Source: the human T2T-CHM13v2.0 reference genome, Homo sapiens. Taken from it: 64,000 nt of DNA. Below are positions 1 through 12,893 of this stretch, piece after piece. Position numbers and translations under genes: made by a program. The stretch lies in assembly GCF_009914755.1 (NCBI RefSeq), contig NC_060947.1, one strand, 5' to 3'. Position 1 is the first letter of the stretch. Each line of letters starts with the position of its first letter. The notes beneath the pieces are model-generated. The model ran no database searches, had not been told where the DNA came from, and saw only the letters and a list, made by a program, of their open reading frames with translations.

Positions 1-677
1 CGTTGCTTCCAAACCTTGGCTACTGTGAATAGTGCTCCAACAAACATGCAAATGCAGATATCTCTTCAATATACTGATACATTTTCTTTGAGGTATATAC
101 CCAGCAGTGGGATTTCTGGATTGTTTGGTAGCTCTCTTTAGTTTTTTGAGGAACCTCCATACTGTTTGCCATAGTGGTTGTACTAATTTACATTCCCTCC
201 AACAGTGTACGAGAGTTCCCTTTTTCTACATCCTTGCCAGCATTTTTTATTGTCTGTCTTTTATATATAAGCCATTTTAACTGGGGTGAGATGATATCTC
301 ATTGTAGTTTTTATTTGCATTTCTCTTTTCATATGCCTGTTTACCATTTGTATGTTTTCTTTTGAGAAATGTCTATTCAGATCTTTTGCCCAATTTTAGA
401 TTGGATTATTAGATTTTTTTCCTATAGAGTGGTTTGAGTTCTTTATATCTTCTGGTTATTAATCCCTTGTCAGATGGGTAGTTTGAAGATATTTTTCCCA
501 TTCTGTGTGTTTTCTCTTCTCTTTGTTGATTGTTTCCTTTGCTGTGCAGAAGCTTTTTAACTTGATGTGATTCCATTTGTCCATTTTTGCTTTGGTTGCC
601 TGTGCTTGTGGGGTATGATTTAAGAAAGTTTTGCCCAGTCCAATGTCCTGGAGAGTTTCCCCAATGTTTTCTTGCAT
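1..677 (-). mobile_element. L1MA-type LINE-1 fragment (ORF2 C-terminus into 3' UTR)
   Basis: Minus ORF 459-677 reads ENIGETLQDIGLGK...QATKAKMDKWNHIKLKSFCTAKETIN, a classic L1 ORF2p C-terminal segment; the element runs off the window start. Confidence 0.92.
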
Positions 678-917
678 GTTTGTTTCTAGATTTCTTACTG
701 TACTAGGGCAGCCTACATTTTTATGTAGTAGATAAAAGGTTAAACTCTCTCCTTCAAAAAGTCATAAGTTTCAGGTCTCCCTTTTCAAGAGATGATTTCA
801 AGAGTTTTTTAGAGCTTTCTGAAAATTGGAAATAACCTCTTTCACCACAATATGAACAGGAATTCTGATTAACTTCAACATAAAAGTATTGCACAATCCA
901 ATTTAATACATGTTTTT

Positions 918-1221
<304 letters not shown>

Positions 1222-1489
1222 TAATACATGTTTTTAATTAAACTAGGTAAATGACTCATGGGTGAACTAAGAACATAAGCATTAACAATTCAGGATCCCA
1301 CAATAATAATTTTGTTCAAGAAATAATTACACTTCCTTTAAAATTCAAAAATGTGCAGGCATATAGGAAAATCACAACGAAGTTAACTAATATAATTACA
1401 CTTTTAAAAAACAATAATTTAGGAAAAAGATACCCATTTTCATCAGTTTCAGAGACAAAGTTGTCTAATAAGAAATGAATTGGTAGGAA

Positions 1490-1565
1490 CAGAGGGTATA
1501 TGGGAATTCTGTACTTTACACTCAATTTTGCTGTGAACCTAAAACTACTCTAAAGAATAAACTGT
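1490..1565 (+). mobile_element. L1M 3' terminal fragment
   Basis: GGGTATATGGGAATTCTGTACTT...CAATTTTGCTGTGAACCTAAAACT...AATAAA, the L1MB/MC 3' end signature. Confidence 0.7.
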
Positions 1566-2309
1566 GTTAATTGGAAAAAGAAAATAAATCAGTGATTGGC
1601 CTTTTCATGCCAAATATCTCTTACTAAACTTGGAACTTAAAATATTTTTTGAATAATTGTCATTATCTACCTTCAAAAAAACAGGAATAGGGCAAAGCTG
1701 TTTAATAACTCCTTAATCGATCTTTACATAGAAGAGTACTTCTCCTTGGAAATGGGATTACTAGTGTAGAAGTGAGTCTTTTTTGCTTAGGTATGCACAG
1801 ATTAATAAATATATGGCCGTTCATAAAATATTTCCTAATAAAAAATTTCTAAATTACTCTAGAGGACTCTGAGCAAACTGCAGTGGTCATAAAAGGTATT
1901 TGCAGTCAATTAAAAGTGTAGGTAGAAATCTAATGCAGAAGAATTCAGTACCATTAGGTAGTTCAGCATTTACCACTTCTCAGGTAAAAATCTGTAAGAT
2001 TACTTCCACAGATTCAAGTTCCCTTAGTATAAAATAGCTTTAAATAATCACAATAATATAACCAGAATCCAGTACTGTCAATTCAGTCCTCCTCAAATTT
2101 AACCATATGTGATTATATTTATCATATCAGTAACCCTGTAGACTCAATGCCAATTATACCGTGCATATTCAGTATTTGAAAAGTGGCTTGTTTTCTAGCC
2201 TAAGGGAAAAAGTCATGGATTTAAATTCTTTCTCCTAGATCTGGACACTAGGTTTTCCTTCATTATATAGGAAGTTGTTGGTGTCCGTAGTCATGTTGCC
2301 CTAGTATTT

Positions 2310-2690
2310 GCTTACAGTGTCACCCAGGACAAAGTTATTTACCTCTGAGCATCAATTTACTTTTCTATTAATAGTAGCTGACACTAAAATTGTTATTTTT
2401 ATGTGCAAAGAATTCTTATATATGTATAATTTGATATTTGTGATAAACCCTTTCTTAGATCTTATTTTTATTCTCATTTTTTAATAGTGGATACTAAAGC
2501 ACTAATACTAAAGTGCCTTGCCCAAGATCACACACTTGGTCAGTGGCTGGCATTGGTACCCAAGCAGTCTGATTCCAGAGTGAATAGAACTTATTCCACA
2601 AGGTTGTTGTGATGATAAAATGCTATAAACTCTATAAAGCATTCATACCAGTTATACGGCCCCAATAACGATTACTAAATGTTAACTAAT
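2310..2690. mobile_element. MIR (+) interrupted by a second MIR (-) at ~2370-2580
   Basis: Outer halves GTCACCCAGGACAAAGTTATTTACCTCTG and AAGGTTGTTGTGATGATAAAATG are colinear with the MIR consensus; the inner piece carries TTGCCCAAGATCACAC (reverse core). Confidence 0.65.
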
Positions 2691-2889
2691 CAGGACATAA
2701 TAGTATGTGTATGCAGGGGATGGGAGGGTGAGGCCTTGAGTTTAGATTTTTGATGTAAAATAAAGTACAGTTACCCATATAGACATAAAGTCATTGCTTC
2801 TTTCTATGCTAAGATATTAATTTGTTATAATAAAACATTTAAATTATACTATGATTTTTGTAATCACATTTTGACATCTCTGCATTTTA

Positions 2890-3283
2890 AAACCGTCCAA
2901 TGTCCATTAAAAATGGAAACCCATACAAATGAAATACTATTGGACAATAAAAAAGGATAAAGTACTGATATATGCTGCATGGATAAATCTCAAAAACATT
3001 GTGCTAAGTGGAAGAAGCCAGAGATCAAGACCACAGATTATATGACTCCACTTGCATTACATGTCCTTAAATGGAAAATATAGAGAGACAGAAAGTAGAT
3101 AGTGATTGCCTGGGATTAGGAGTGGGAATAGGAGTGATTTTAAATAGGCATGATGTTTCTTTTTAGGGTGATGAAAATGTTTTAAAATTGGATTATGGTG
3201 ATGGTTGTACAACTCTGTAAATATGCTAAAATTTATTTAACAGTACTCAAAATAGGTGAATGTTATAGTATTTCAATAAAGCC
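2890..3283 (+). mobile_element. L1MB/L1ME 3' end
   Basis: ATGGATAAATCTCAAAAACATTGTGCTAAGTG...GGTGATGGTTGTACAACTCTGTAAATAT...CAATAAAGC. Confidence 0.85.
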
Positions 3284-4679
3284 TTTACAGAATATGGAAG
3301 TACCCTAGGTCTTGCATAGCTTCTGAGAACATCTGCAATTAAGTGCTTGGGTGCCCTGAAGCAAATCCCTTCTGTTTCCTCATTCTGTCTAGCAGAGAAC
3401 TTCATGGATTAGCTAACAGCTGTATCCTGGAGGATTGGAATCATGTCTGGTTTTGCTCACCATTGTATCTCCAGTAGGAACTTTAATTTGGCTTTAATTT
3501 TCCCTAAAATACAGAATCCGCTTGTCTACAACAAGCAGTACTATTGCTATGATTTCCAAAGTCTAACTTTATCAATTTATATCTGATTGTGAGTCAGGGC
3601 CACCATCCTCCTAACATCCAAACATCCTAACATCCAAACTGAATGAAAAGTGACATGACTTAAAAGAGCTGAAAAATTATGATGCTTATATATCCTGAAA
3701 ATACTGATGATGAACAATTCTTTAGTGTTTATCTTTTTAAACAGTTTTAAATAGTTTAGGAATTTTTATCAACATTATATCTGCACCAAATAAGTAAGAA
3801 TCTTTAGGACCTTTGGTTAAGAGATTAAACTTCTATAGGAGAGTAAGAATAAATATGTAATGAAGTACAGATATTTCTACTCTAGTGTATGGATGGTGAA
3901 TATTTACATCACTTGGAATCAACAGAAAACTATATATATAATCTGTGTAGATATATAAAAGTGGGTTTTCCAAAAAGAAGAAAAGATAGAGTTCAGATGT
4001 AGAAAAAAGCGAGGATGAAAATGCAGTTTTGAACCTACCCTCCTATTAGGGATGTCTCCATAAATGAGAATTGCATTCTTTATTTAGAACCCTAACATTA
4101 TGTGGATTTCTCCCCCTCATTTAGCTCATTTCTGACTCCCTTATAAATACATTGGAACAATTAACACCAAAACGAAGAGATACTGAGATCAGTAACATAA
4201 AATGACATTTCTAGAATTCTGTATACTTAATTAAACTAAACAAGGTGGTATGGAACAAAGATGAGAAATAAATTTTCCTTAGATTGTATCTACATGAATA
4301 AGAAAAAGTAGCCATGGAAATACGCACATTTAATGAATACCCAAGAATTTAACAAAACACAGAGGTTAAGTTCTCTTACTTATTACATCAAACCAGATAC
4401 TTTTATTTTTAATCAAACCCTTCTACGTCTACAAAGATATAAAGACATAGTTGCAAATAACTTTATTTAATAAATGTTTTGTCAATGTTCCAGAGTTGGT
4501 TGGTATAAGATCATAATGCATAATCAGCCAAGAATGACATTTTTCTTCTTAGAGCTTCTAGCATACATATATCCCGCATCACTTATCATATAGTGTTTGC
4601 AAGCATTCTTTATATTGCTGTCTAGTTTTATTATTCATTCTTGTACAGTGATTTATCATCCATTGTCATGACTTACACC

Positions 4680-4800
4680 CAGTCTAGATTGACACTCCTT
4701 ATGGAAAAGGACTGGGTATTATATTTCTAAGCATCCTCTGCTGCCTCAAAACCAAATGCTGCATGTATGGCAGGCCATCAATACTATTTGTTGAATGACT
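4680..4800 (+). mobile_element. L2 3' end fragment
   Basis: CTAGATTG...CAATACTATTTGTTGAATGA terminus. Confidence 0.6.
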
Positions 4801-7334
4801 GCAGGGAAGTTGCTTTGCTGAGCATTCCTGTTCAGTTGACTGGGAGGATAAACTAATGCAGTGTTCGTTTTATAATATATAAGGGATATTTTCTGTTTGC
4901 AGTTGTATATTCAATAAATAAAATACATTCCTCTTTTTGGCTTTATCTGATTTTTTATTTTAAATCACAAAAATTTAGACATTTGCTGAATTTTAGTAAA
5001 AAATTATTTCTGACCTACTGACGTGAAAATAATGGAAAGATTCTAATTCATTTCAAGGCAAATTAGAGAACTGACTACTCTTTTTCCTTGAGACCTACTT
5101 TCACATTGTGACACACATTTACTAAAACTCTCTTTCATATATATATAGCATAGAAATTACGGAATCAAATATTTTACCTAGAAATAAATGCAAATTGCAA
5201 CCCATTAAGACCTGAGATTTGCATAAAAATATTTGTTTTAGAGTGTCTAATTTTAAAGTATTAATAAATATAAGCTATGGAAATTGTGTTTTCAAGAGTT
5301 GCTTTCTTGAAGTTTGTTTTCTGGGATTTGAATGATGAGCTGTAGTTTTTGTTCATAAAGACATATACATGTAAATATGTTAAATTTGGATTTATGAATA
5401 TCCAAGTCAAAAATATTTATATTTTAAAACTAATGATATATCTTAAGTACCTCCAGTTTATATAAGTATCAATTTCAGTATATTATCACTGATTTGAATA
5501 TATAGCCAATAAAAAATAAATGTTTTCTACCCCTTAAAAATAGTTTATTTCATGCTTCTTTCCTAACTTCTAATTATAAATTGCATGTCAAGTAAATAAG
5601 CATTTCCCTCAAATCCAATAGTCTACCTTTTAAAACATTTCAAACATAAAAACATGTTAAATACTTTTATATTTTTTAAAATAAAAACAATCTCATATCA
5701 TCTTCGTGTAAGTCAGAAAGGCCCTTAGAAGAGAGAAAAAATTGTAAAATGGCAGAGTTTCCATATAGCAAAATAGAAATAACTAAGTAAAATTTTAGTA
5801 ACTCACACTTCAATAGATGTACTGAGAAAATGTGAAACTTAGCTTATTTTCTGTTTATTTGTATTTATATTTATTTGCATTTTAGAATACGTATATAATG
5901 TATGTATAGACATTTAATGCTAATACTAACATATTTTACAACTTTGTTGCAATAAACAATTATTATTTAAATACTATATCATATTTAGTATTCAATTTTT
6001 CTCCTTGTCTAACTGAAATGCAAAATCTGCTGAAATCAAGCCCTGTGTCTTTTACTTCTATATACTTCCCACAGTACCTTGCAGGAGCAAATGTTTGATA
6101 TCTGTTGATCTGATTTTAATCACCAATCTCAGAAGAAAAGAAAAAAAACCTCCCTTATTTTATAACAAAGATGAATTGGTTAGTAGAAAGTGTGTCATTA
6201 AATAATGAAATAGGGTTTTGTCTTCCCTTTAATTTGCTAAAGTATTCCTCTGAGCATTGTGACAAACTATTGAACAATGTAATTATGATATCTCCATTTA
6301 GAATTAGGTGAAATTCTAAACTGAATAAACATATGACTTTGAAGGCATTATGCTTAATTTTAAGTGCTATAATATACAGAAGATGCCAGTCAGATTGACA
6401 ATGAATCTCAAGGGTTGTTGTGAAAGCCAAGGAAAACAAAGAAATGAAGAATTGCACACTTTCCTGCATGATGAAAGACAGCAATACCTCAAGGTATTCA
6501 GAGCCATCAAAACTCAGGACATGAGAATGTCCTTTAAACCAAGAGTAATAATATTGCTACTGGATATATGTATTTCTTTCCCCTAAGGACTTTGGCTTTT
6601 GTCACTAATTGATTATTACTTAACAGATGAATACACGTGTAATAAAGATAAGTTTAGAATAATAAGAATCATGCAGAGAAACAGAATTAAATCACAAGCC
6701 AACATACAACCAAATCTTTATTTTGGGAATGCAAATATCATATCATTAACATGTAACCATTGCAAGTACTACACTTTTAAACTTGCATTACTGAACACTG
6801 GATAAATATTTGTCGAATAAATTGGATGTATTAATAGATTTCTTCTTTTCTGTTGGTTTCTCATGTGAACAAAGATAAAATCATCTTTGAGGCATGTCCT
6901 TGTCAATGCCTGTTCATATAAAATCCTTTTTTAATTATAAAGTAAAAATATGTAACAAAATGTATGTCATGTACACACCTTCCCATTATATTTTATAATA
7001 AGTCAGTGCTAATAAATGCAGGAAATAGTCACATTTATGAATGTTAGGTGTGAAATTGTGTCCTTTGATGTGAGTAGAGATATTAACTCAACCACTTACT
7101 TAAAAGCCCACATTTAATGTGAGCATCATTTGACAGTTTGCACATCCATTAATTCTGAATAGATTTACTAGGTGAAGATATTTCATAATGTACATTAACT
7201 TCTAATGGAAAAAAAAGTTTCAGAGAAAAATTACCCCAAAAATGTATCTTTAAAAGTCCATTTCAATATATCAATCTATTTATAATACCCAAGTTTAAAT
7301 TCACAGTTCAAAAGGGGAATTTAGCAAGAAATAA

Positions 7335-7470
7335 TGGTGTGTAGTAAAAAACAAAAATCAGTACTCATAAGCAGGTAACCTGGTTCTCAGTTCCAGCCAA
7401 TTATGGGATGTTTGAGCTGATATGCAAAACTCCTAGGCCTCATTTTCTCATCTGTAAAATAGAAATATTC
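7335..7470 (+). mobile_element. MIR fragment
   Basis: GCCTCATTTTCTCATCTGTAAAATAG core. Confidence 0.65.
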
Positions 7471-7523
7471 AAACTTCTATGGTTTCTACTTGTTCTCAAG
7501 CTCTATTTGCTAGTTCTGGAAAT

Positions 7524-7600
7524 AGATTTTAGTTTTCACTATTTTTAGTTTTCACTAAATTTTAGTTTTTTTAATTTTTAAATTTTAGTTTTTACTAAAA
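7524..7600. repeat. Degenerate tandem repeat (TTTTAGTTTTCACTA)n
   Basis: About 4 imperfect copies visible directly. Confidence 0.75.
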
Positions 7601-7689
7601 ATAAGGGACGAAAGGATGCTGGTCACTCAAGATAATTTTTCTGCATTCTTCTTACATGTGATGACATTCCCTCAAGCTTGCCTCAAAAA

Positions 7690-8530
7690 ATTTTATTATT
7701 ATAAATTTAACACGTGCAAAATACTGCACAAAAATGTGTAGCTAAATTACATAACACAAAGCAAAACATGCACAAATGAAACCATTCTTTTCTCCAGATT
7801 TGGAACATTACCACTACCCAGATGTTTCTCTATGCCGAAATATCACTGTATCAACCTCACAGGTAATCACTCTCTTGATTGCCATAATAATTGCTTTCTT
7901 ATTTTTCTTCACACTTTTACCAAATAAAAATACAACTTTAGATTTTCTTGTGCTTCAAATTTATATTCATAGAATTATACACCATGTAATTTTTGTAAAT
8001 CTGCCTTCTTACATTCAACATTATAAATGTTTCATCTATGTTGTTGCATGTGTCTGTAGTTCTCCTTTTCATTGCTGCATAGTATTTCATCAAATAAACA
8101 TGCAAAATTTATTTTTATCCATTCTATTACTGGTTAATATTTTTGTTATTTTCAGTAATTGACTGTAATAAATAATGTGTGAATATTCATGCATGTGTGC
8201 ACTTGTAGGTATGTGCATGCATTTCTGTAGGGATATTTCTTAAGAGGGATTGATAGGTAATCATACTAAAATATTTTCCAAAGTAACAAATACAAATATA
8301 TGAGAATTCTATATTTTTCATAATTTTTTAACATTTTATATTGCCAGTAATTTTGATATTAGATATTCTAGTAGTGTGATAGAATCTCATATTTTAATTT
8401 GCATTTTACTGATGACTAAATGAGTTTGGATCCTGGGCCATACGTTTATTGGCTATTTGGATAACATCTTATATAACATGTTTTTTAAATTAATTTTTTT
8501 AATTAAAATTATTTTCTAATTGTTGCTGTC
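7690..8530 (-). mobile_element. Old L1ME-type 3' region
   Basis: TTCATCTATGTTGTTGCATGT...TTCATTGCTGCATAGTATTTCAT...TTAATTTGCATTTTACTGATGACTAA. Confidence 0.8.
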
Positions 8531-9149
8531 CAAAGAGGAATAAAAGACACTAAAGGTTCATGTCTTCAGACCACTATTCTTCACTTCAGTCAGATATTTT
8601 TGGCCTTTAAGAAGATATTTTCAATATTTTTGACGTGTATTATTTGTTGTTTTCAGGTGTCAGATTAATTTTAATTGCCTGGGCTACCATTTCTAGAAGA
8701 TTCTTGCCTCATTCTTTTGTATAGCAACAGCACTAGGAAGGGCCATTGTAGGGACACATATCTATAATTTTCCATCTTATACTACATGAAACCTACTTTC
8801 TTGAAGGCCATCTTGTTTTTCCCAGTTGGAAACTCCCTTATTTCTGTACCCAGTATCATGGAGCTCCCAGAATTATGATTATTCTTCAGTATTTGATATC
8901 ACAGGACCAACCAAAAGAAAAGAGGCTAAAAGTAGAAAGTCCGTTAGAATCAGGTGTCTATCAAAATTTGCGTCCTGTAGGCAAGTTGTTTTTCCTTCTA
9001 TATGCCTGACTCCTATTGGCTTTTACTTGTTAAATGTGCTTACCCTCCTATGCCTTGAATTGGCTTCTCAGCCCAAGTCTTCAGTTTTCTCCTTCACTCT
9101 ATTATCCAAAAACTCCTTGGAGCCATCATGCCTCCCAAACATTCCACTT

Positions 9150-9690
9150 ATTTCTGCTTCCCAGCCCGTCTGGGACATTGCCTTCAGATCTACTGATCAA
9201 TGAGGCCAGTCATTGCCCTGCCCACCCTTCAGTTGACTCCACAAGTGCCCAAGTTTTGACTTGAGCACCAACTAATCTATAACAATGCTAGTCTTTCACT
9301 TTTGTAATAGTATATTATCCTAATTTCATCCTACTTTTCAGAGTTCTATTTTTCTTTTGAAATAGTCCTTCTTTTCTCATTCCCTAAATATATATTTCTT
9401 TACACACCAACCCCTTTGAAAACCAAAAATATCATGATCTCAGTAATTATTTTCTACTGACTACCTAAATCTGCCTCCCTAGTCCAGATTTCCACCAGGA
9501 TTGCAGTTCTCTAGTTCTAATTGCCAATGGGTCACAAAATTAAAAACTGTCCTCTTAGCAGCTGTGTTTCTCAATTCAACATCTTAATGGCAGCATTCTT
9601 CTCACTGTCCCTCAAATTAGCAATGTAAATGCTATTTTTTTCCTTAAAATGCCCCTTAAATTTTTCTTTCACTTTCCATCTCCTCTGCCT
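9150..9690 (+). mobile_element. L2 internal fragment
   Basis: Pyrimidine-rich L2-like tract (CTAAATCTGCCTCCCTAGTCCAGATTTCC, AATGGCAGCATTCTTCTCAC). Confidence 0.5.
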
Positions 9691-9954
9691 GAAGTAGAGT
9701 GTAGACTTGGGGTTTTTATTCAGGGCTCCATGGAGTTATTGGGAGGTGATAGACAATCTGAAAATCCATAGAAAGTATGCCTAATTTTGTACATACCTAC
9801 ATGAATGTATAAAAGAGCACCAACTTTCATCAGTTTCTTAAAGGATTAAGAACCAATGCTCCAGATTCTCATCACCTTATACCTATTAAACCTTTGTACT
9901 CTCTAAATTTGGCCAATTCTAGAGATGAACCTTTACAACAATATTTTATCCATT

Positions 9955-10620
9955 AAACATTCATTTATTAAGTAAACAAATATTTATTGAGTATCTCCTA
10001 TGTACCAAATACTATTATGGTTCTGCGGTCACATTGGTGAACAAGATAAAGTTCCTTCTCTCATGGAGCTTACATTTTAGTGGATGAAGAAAAATCAAAT
10101 AATCTATCCATAAACAAGGAATTAAGGGAATACCAATTAGCCATATTTGCTGTTAAAATAATTAAATGGGGGTAATTTCACTGTTACTAGGTGGCTATTT
10201 CAGAATAGATGGTCCTGGAAAGCACCTCTAGGAATATGTCAGTTCTAAAGGACAAAAAAGCAACCAGCTAGGATCTCCAGGGAAAAGCATTCCAAACAGA
10301 GGAATACATTAATGCAAAACCCAAAAGGTCAGAATGACCTTGATCTTTTATAGGAACAAAATAGAATAAAAAGCCTGTTTTACTAAAGCACAGTAAGCAA
10401 GAGGGAAAAGTCTGGGTGAGATCAAAGGTTTATGTAGGGCAAATAACTTAGAACTTTGGAAACTAGAATGGAGGCATTTGAATTAAGACTTAAACACAAT
10501 GGAAGGCTTAAGCAGAAGAGGCAGAATCTGGTTTATGTTATGTGAAGAATAAATGCATCTTGACAAAAGCAGAAGAGAGAGGCAATTACTGCAGTTCAAG
10601 TGGCAAATAATGGAGGTCGA
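9955..10620 (-). mobile_element. L2a 3' region
   Basis: CAAATATTTATTGAGTATCT...CTCATGGAGCTTACATTTTAG...AAGCATTCCAAACAGAGGAA. Confidence 0.85.
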
Positions 10621-10867
10621 GTTGCTTCTCTGCAAAAGGTACACTATTTTCCTGTTGGATCCTCAATGTAGTTGTGCTGACCTTATCTATTATGCTTTAT
10701 TCATCTCATCTAGCTTTTGTAATGCATTACCTCCTTTTTGCCTCATAACAACCTGACAGTTTTAAACTCATTACACAAATACTAAAAAAGGCACTGAGAA
10801 TGGTTGAGACTCATCCTGAAATAACTAATTGGCAAATTGAATTGGTTATTACTTACAAGTTGTGTTC

Positions 10868-10930
10868 TTTAAGCTATGTAATAGCTATGTAATAGTTTTA
10901 ACTATTTAAGCTATGTAATAGTTTTAACTA
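10868..10930. repeat. Compound local duplication of TTTAAGCTATGTAATAG / TTTTAACTA
   Basis: AGCTATGTAATAG occurs three times and TTTTAACTA twice. Confidence 0.85.
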
Positions 10931-11006
10931 CTTTGCTGACAGCCCCTACCCTCTATATTATTTGTAATCAATAGTGTCTACGAATATTATGCACATATTA
11001 TGCACT

Positions 11007-11258
11007 ATGGTAAAATACAAAGGTCAGGGGTTTAGAGTAATTTAATTATAAAAATAAATATCAAAATACTGTTTTACCTTTAAAATAGAAATGCCCACAG
11101 TACGAAATGGTGACAATTTTTGACAATATTAATCAATGTTATTTTAAAAAATCAATTATTGTACATCACAAATTATGAGAACTGCCTTTGGCTAATAAAC
11201 AAGAAAGATCTTTTAAATGTTTTGAGTATTAACCTGATCTTTGATAACTAATTTGTAT
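11007..11258 (+). promoter_or_regulatory. Candidate enhancer module, copy 1 of a diverged duplication
   Basis: Shares colinear blocks with 12618-12893; contains CAAAGGTCA, ATTAATCAAT and TTGGCTAATAAACA motifs. Function is inferred only. Confidence 0.35.
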
Positions 11259-12084
11259 TACTTCTTAACCTAATTCCTTTCTTGAATGCCATCTCTCCTT
11301 CAAATTTCATTATATTATCTTGTCCCATTTTTAAAAACATCAGTGCCAGACCTTGTCTCTATACATACATTTTTAAAACTACTTTAGCTATAGGTAAAGT
11401 TTAAATGCTTTGTGCCTTTCTGGAACATCAGACATTTAAAAATTGTGGTGAAAAAAAGCAGCATAAAACTCATATTGTGTTGATTATGAGCAGGAAATCA
11501 TTATGACATTTGTGATTAGAGAAATGGAAGTTAAGTTCATCTAATGCATTTATGTTTCCTTAGATACACTTTCTAGTTACTCTTTTTACAGAGGGAAAAT
11601 GATTAAAAGCTCTTGGCAAATTTAAGGCTTAGTATGCCCTTAATGCTTTCATCAGGCATGCAAGTTAGTTTTGTATAGGTAAGATGGACAAATTATCTTG
11701 AATGTACAGAGGAAATGTGCTAGAAGAAGTGAAAATCCATCAAACTGCCATCAAAATTGAACAAGCCTGACTCCCACACTCAAACCAGCGATATTAGATA
11801 AAATTGAAATCAGGGCACAGCTACATTGATTATGAAAAATCATCAGGTTCTACCAGTAAAACATCATTTCTCACCTCATTCGTTTTCCAAATTCTTAAAA
11901 GTTAATTAGCCCTATATACTACATTAACCATTCCCATAACAATATTCCTACAGCACATTGGTTTGATTTCTATGTTTTACTTATTTCATTTGGTCTTATA
12001 AATAGTTACTAGGTCATATGCTTAATTTCCCAATCAGATGAAAAGCTTCTTTCATTACATTTTACTTCAGTCCTCTTACTAGCT

Positions 12085-12220
12085 CTGTGAGGCAGAAATA
12101 ATTGGGATCCCATACTATAGATAAGGAAAGTAAGACTACTTCACCCAGCTGTTAAGTATTGAGGTGAAATATGAATCTGTTCTCTCCAAGTCCTAAGCCA
12201 TGGTGTACTCATTATTCCAT
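12085..12220 (-). mobile_element. MIR fragment
   Basis: ATCCCATACTATAGATAAGGAAAGTAAGACT...TTCACCCAGCT. Confidence 0.55.
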
Positions 12221-12617
12221 AATACCATCCAGTTCTTGTGTTAAGAACTGCTACCCCAGATGGAGAGAGGAACTTACTTTTGCTTAAGTTTTATCCTCAG
12301 CCAGTGGGTTCCAAGGTCATCATTAGGAGTTACTCCAAGTTTCAGTGATAGAGCAATATTGTAGCATTTGATACTAGATCCAGGAAAAGAGTTAGAAAAT
12401 AATACACATGTAACTTCCAGAAATCATGCTTTATCACCTCCCTATTTATCAATTGTAAAAGTTGTTTTAACTACTTTTCAAGATTCACTTGTGATGAGCA
12501 TAATGAAAAATGAATTACATACATAAACTTCATGAATGAATAGAAAATTCCAAACTGAACAACAAAAGATTCAATATGAAAATTGATGGAACGTTCCTTT
12601 AAAAATCACTATATGCC

Positions 12618-12893
12618 ATGCTAAATACGAAGTCCAGGTTGATAAGCAATCTTTATAATGATTAACCATCAAGATATTATTTTTGCCTTATAAATCCTAG
12701 TGCATCCACTTATATAAATGTAAAACAGTAATGCTTCTTCGACAATATTAATCAATGTCATTTGTTTTAAAAAGCAATTGGTGCACATCATGAGTCATGA
12801 TTATAAATTTATGTAAACTCCCTTTGGCCAATAAACAAGGAGAATTAAAATAAAACTCTACTGTCAACTGGATCAATGGTAACTAATTTGTAT
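12618..12893 (+). promoter_or_regulatory. Candidate enhancer module, copy 2 of a diverged duplication
   Basis: CGAAGTCCA, TGATAAG, TAATGATTAAC, ATTAATCAAT, TGAGTCA and TTGGCCAATAAACA within 280 bp. Function is inferred only. Confidence 0.4.

Noticed and set aside
6350-6805. Two adjacent plus-strand ORFs in unique DNA
   Set aside because: No recognisable domain or convincing splice sites; length is expected by chance.
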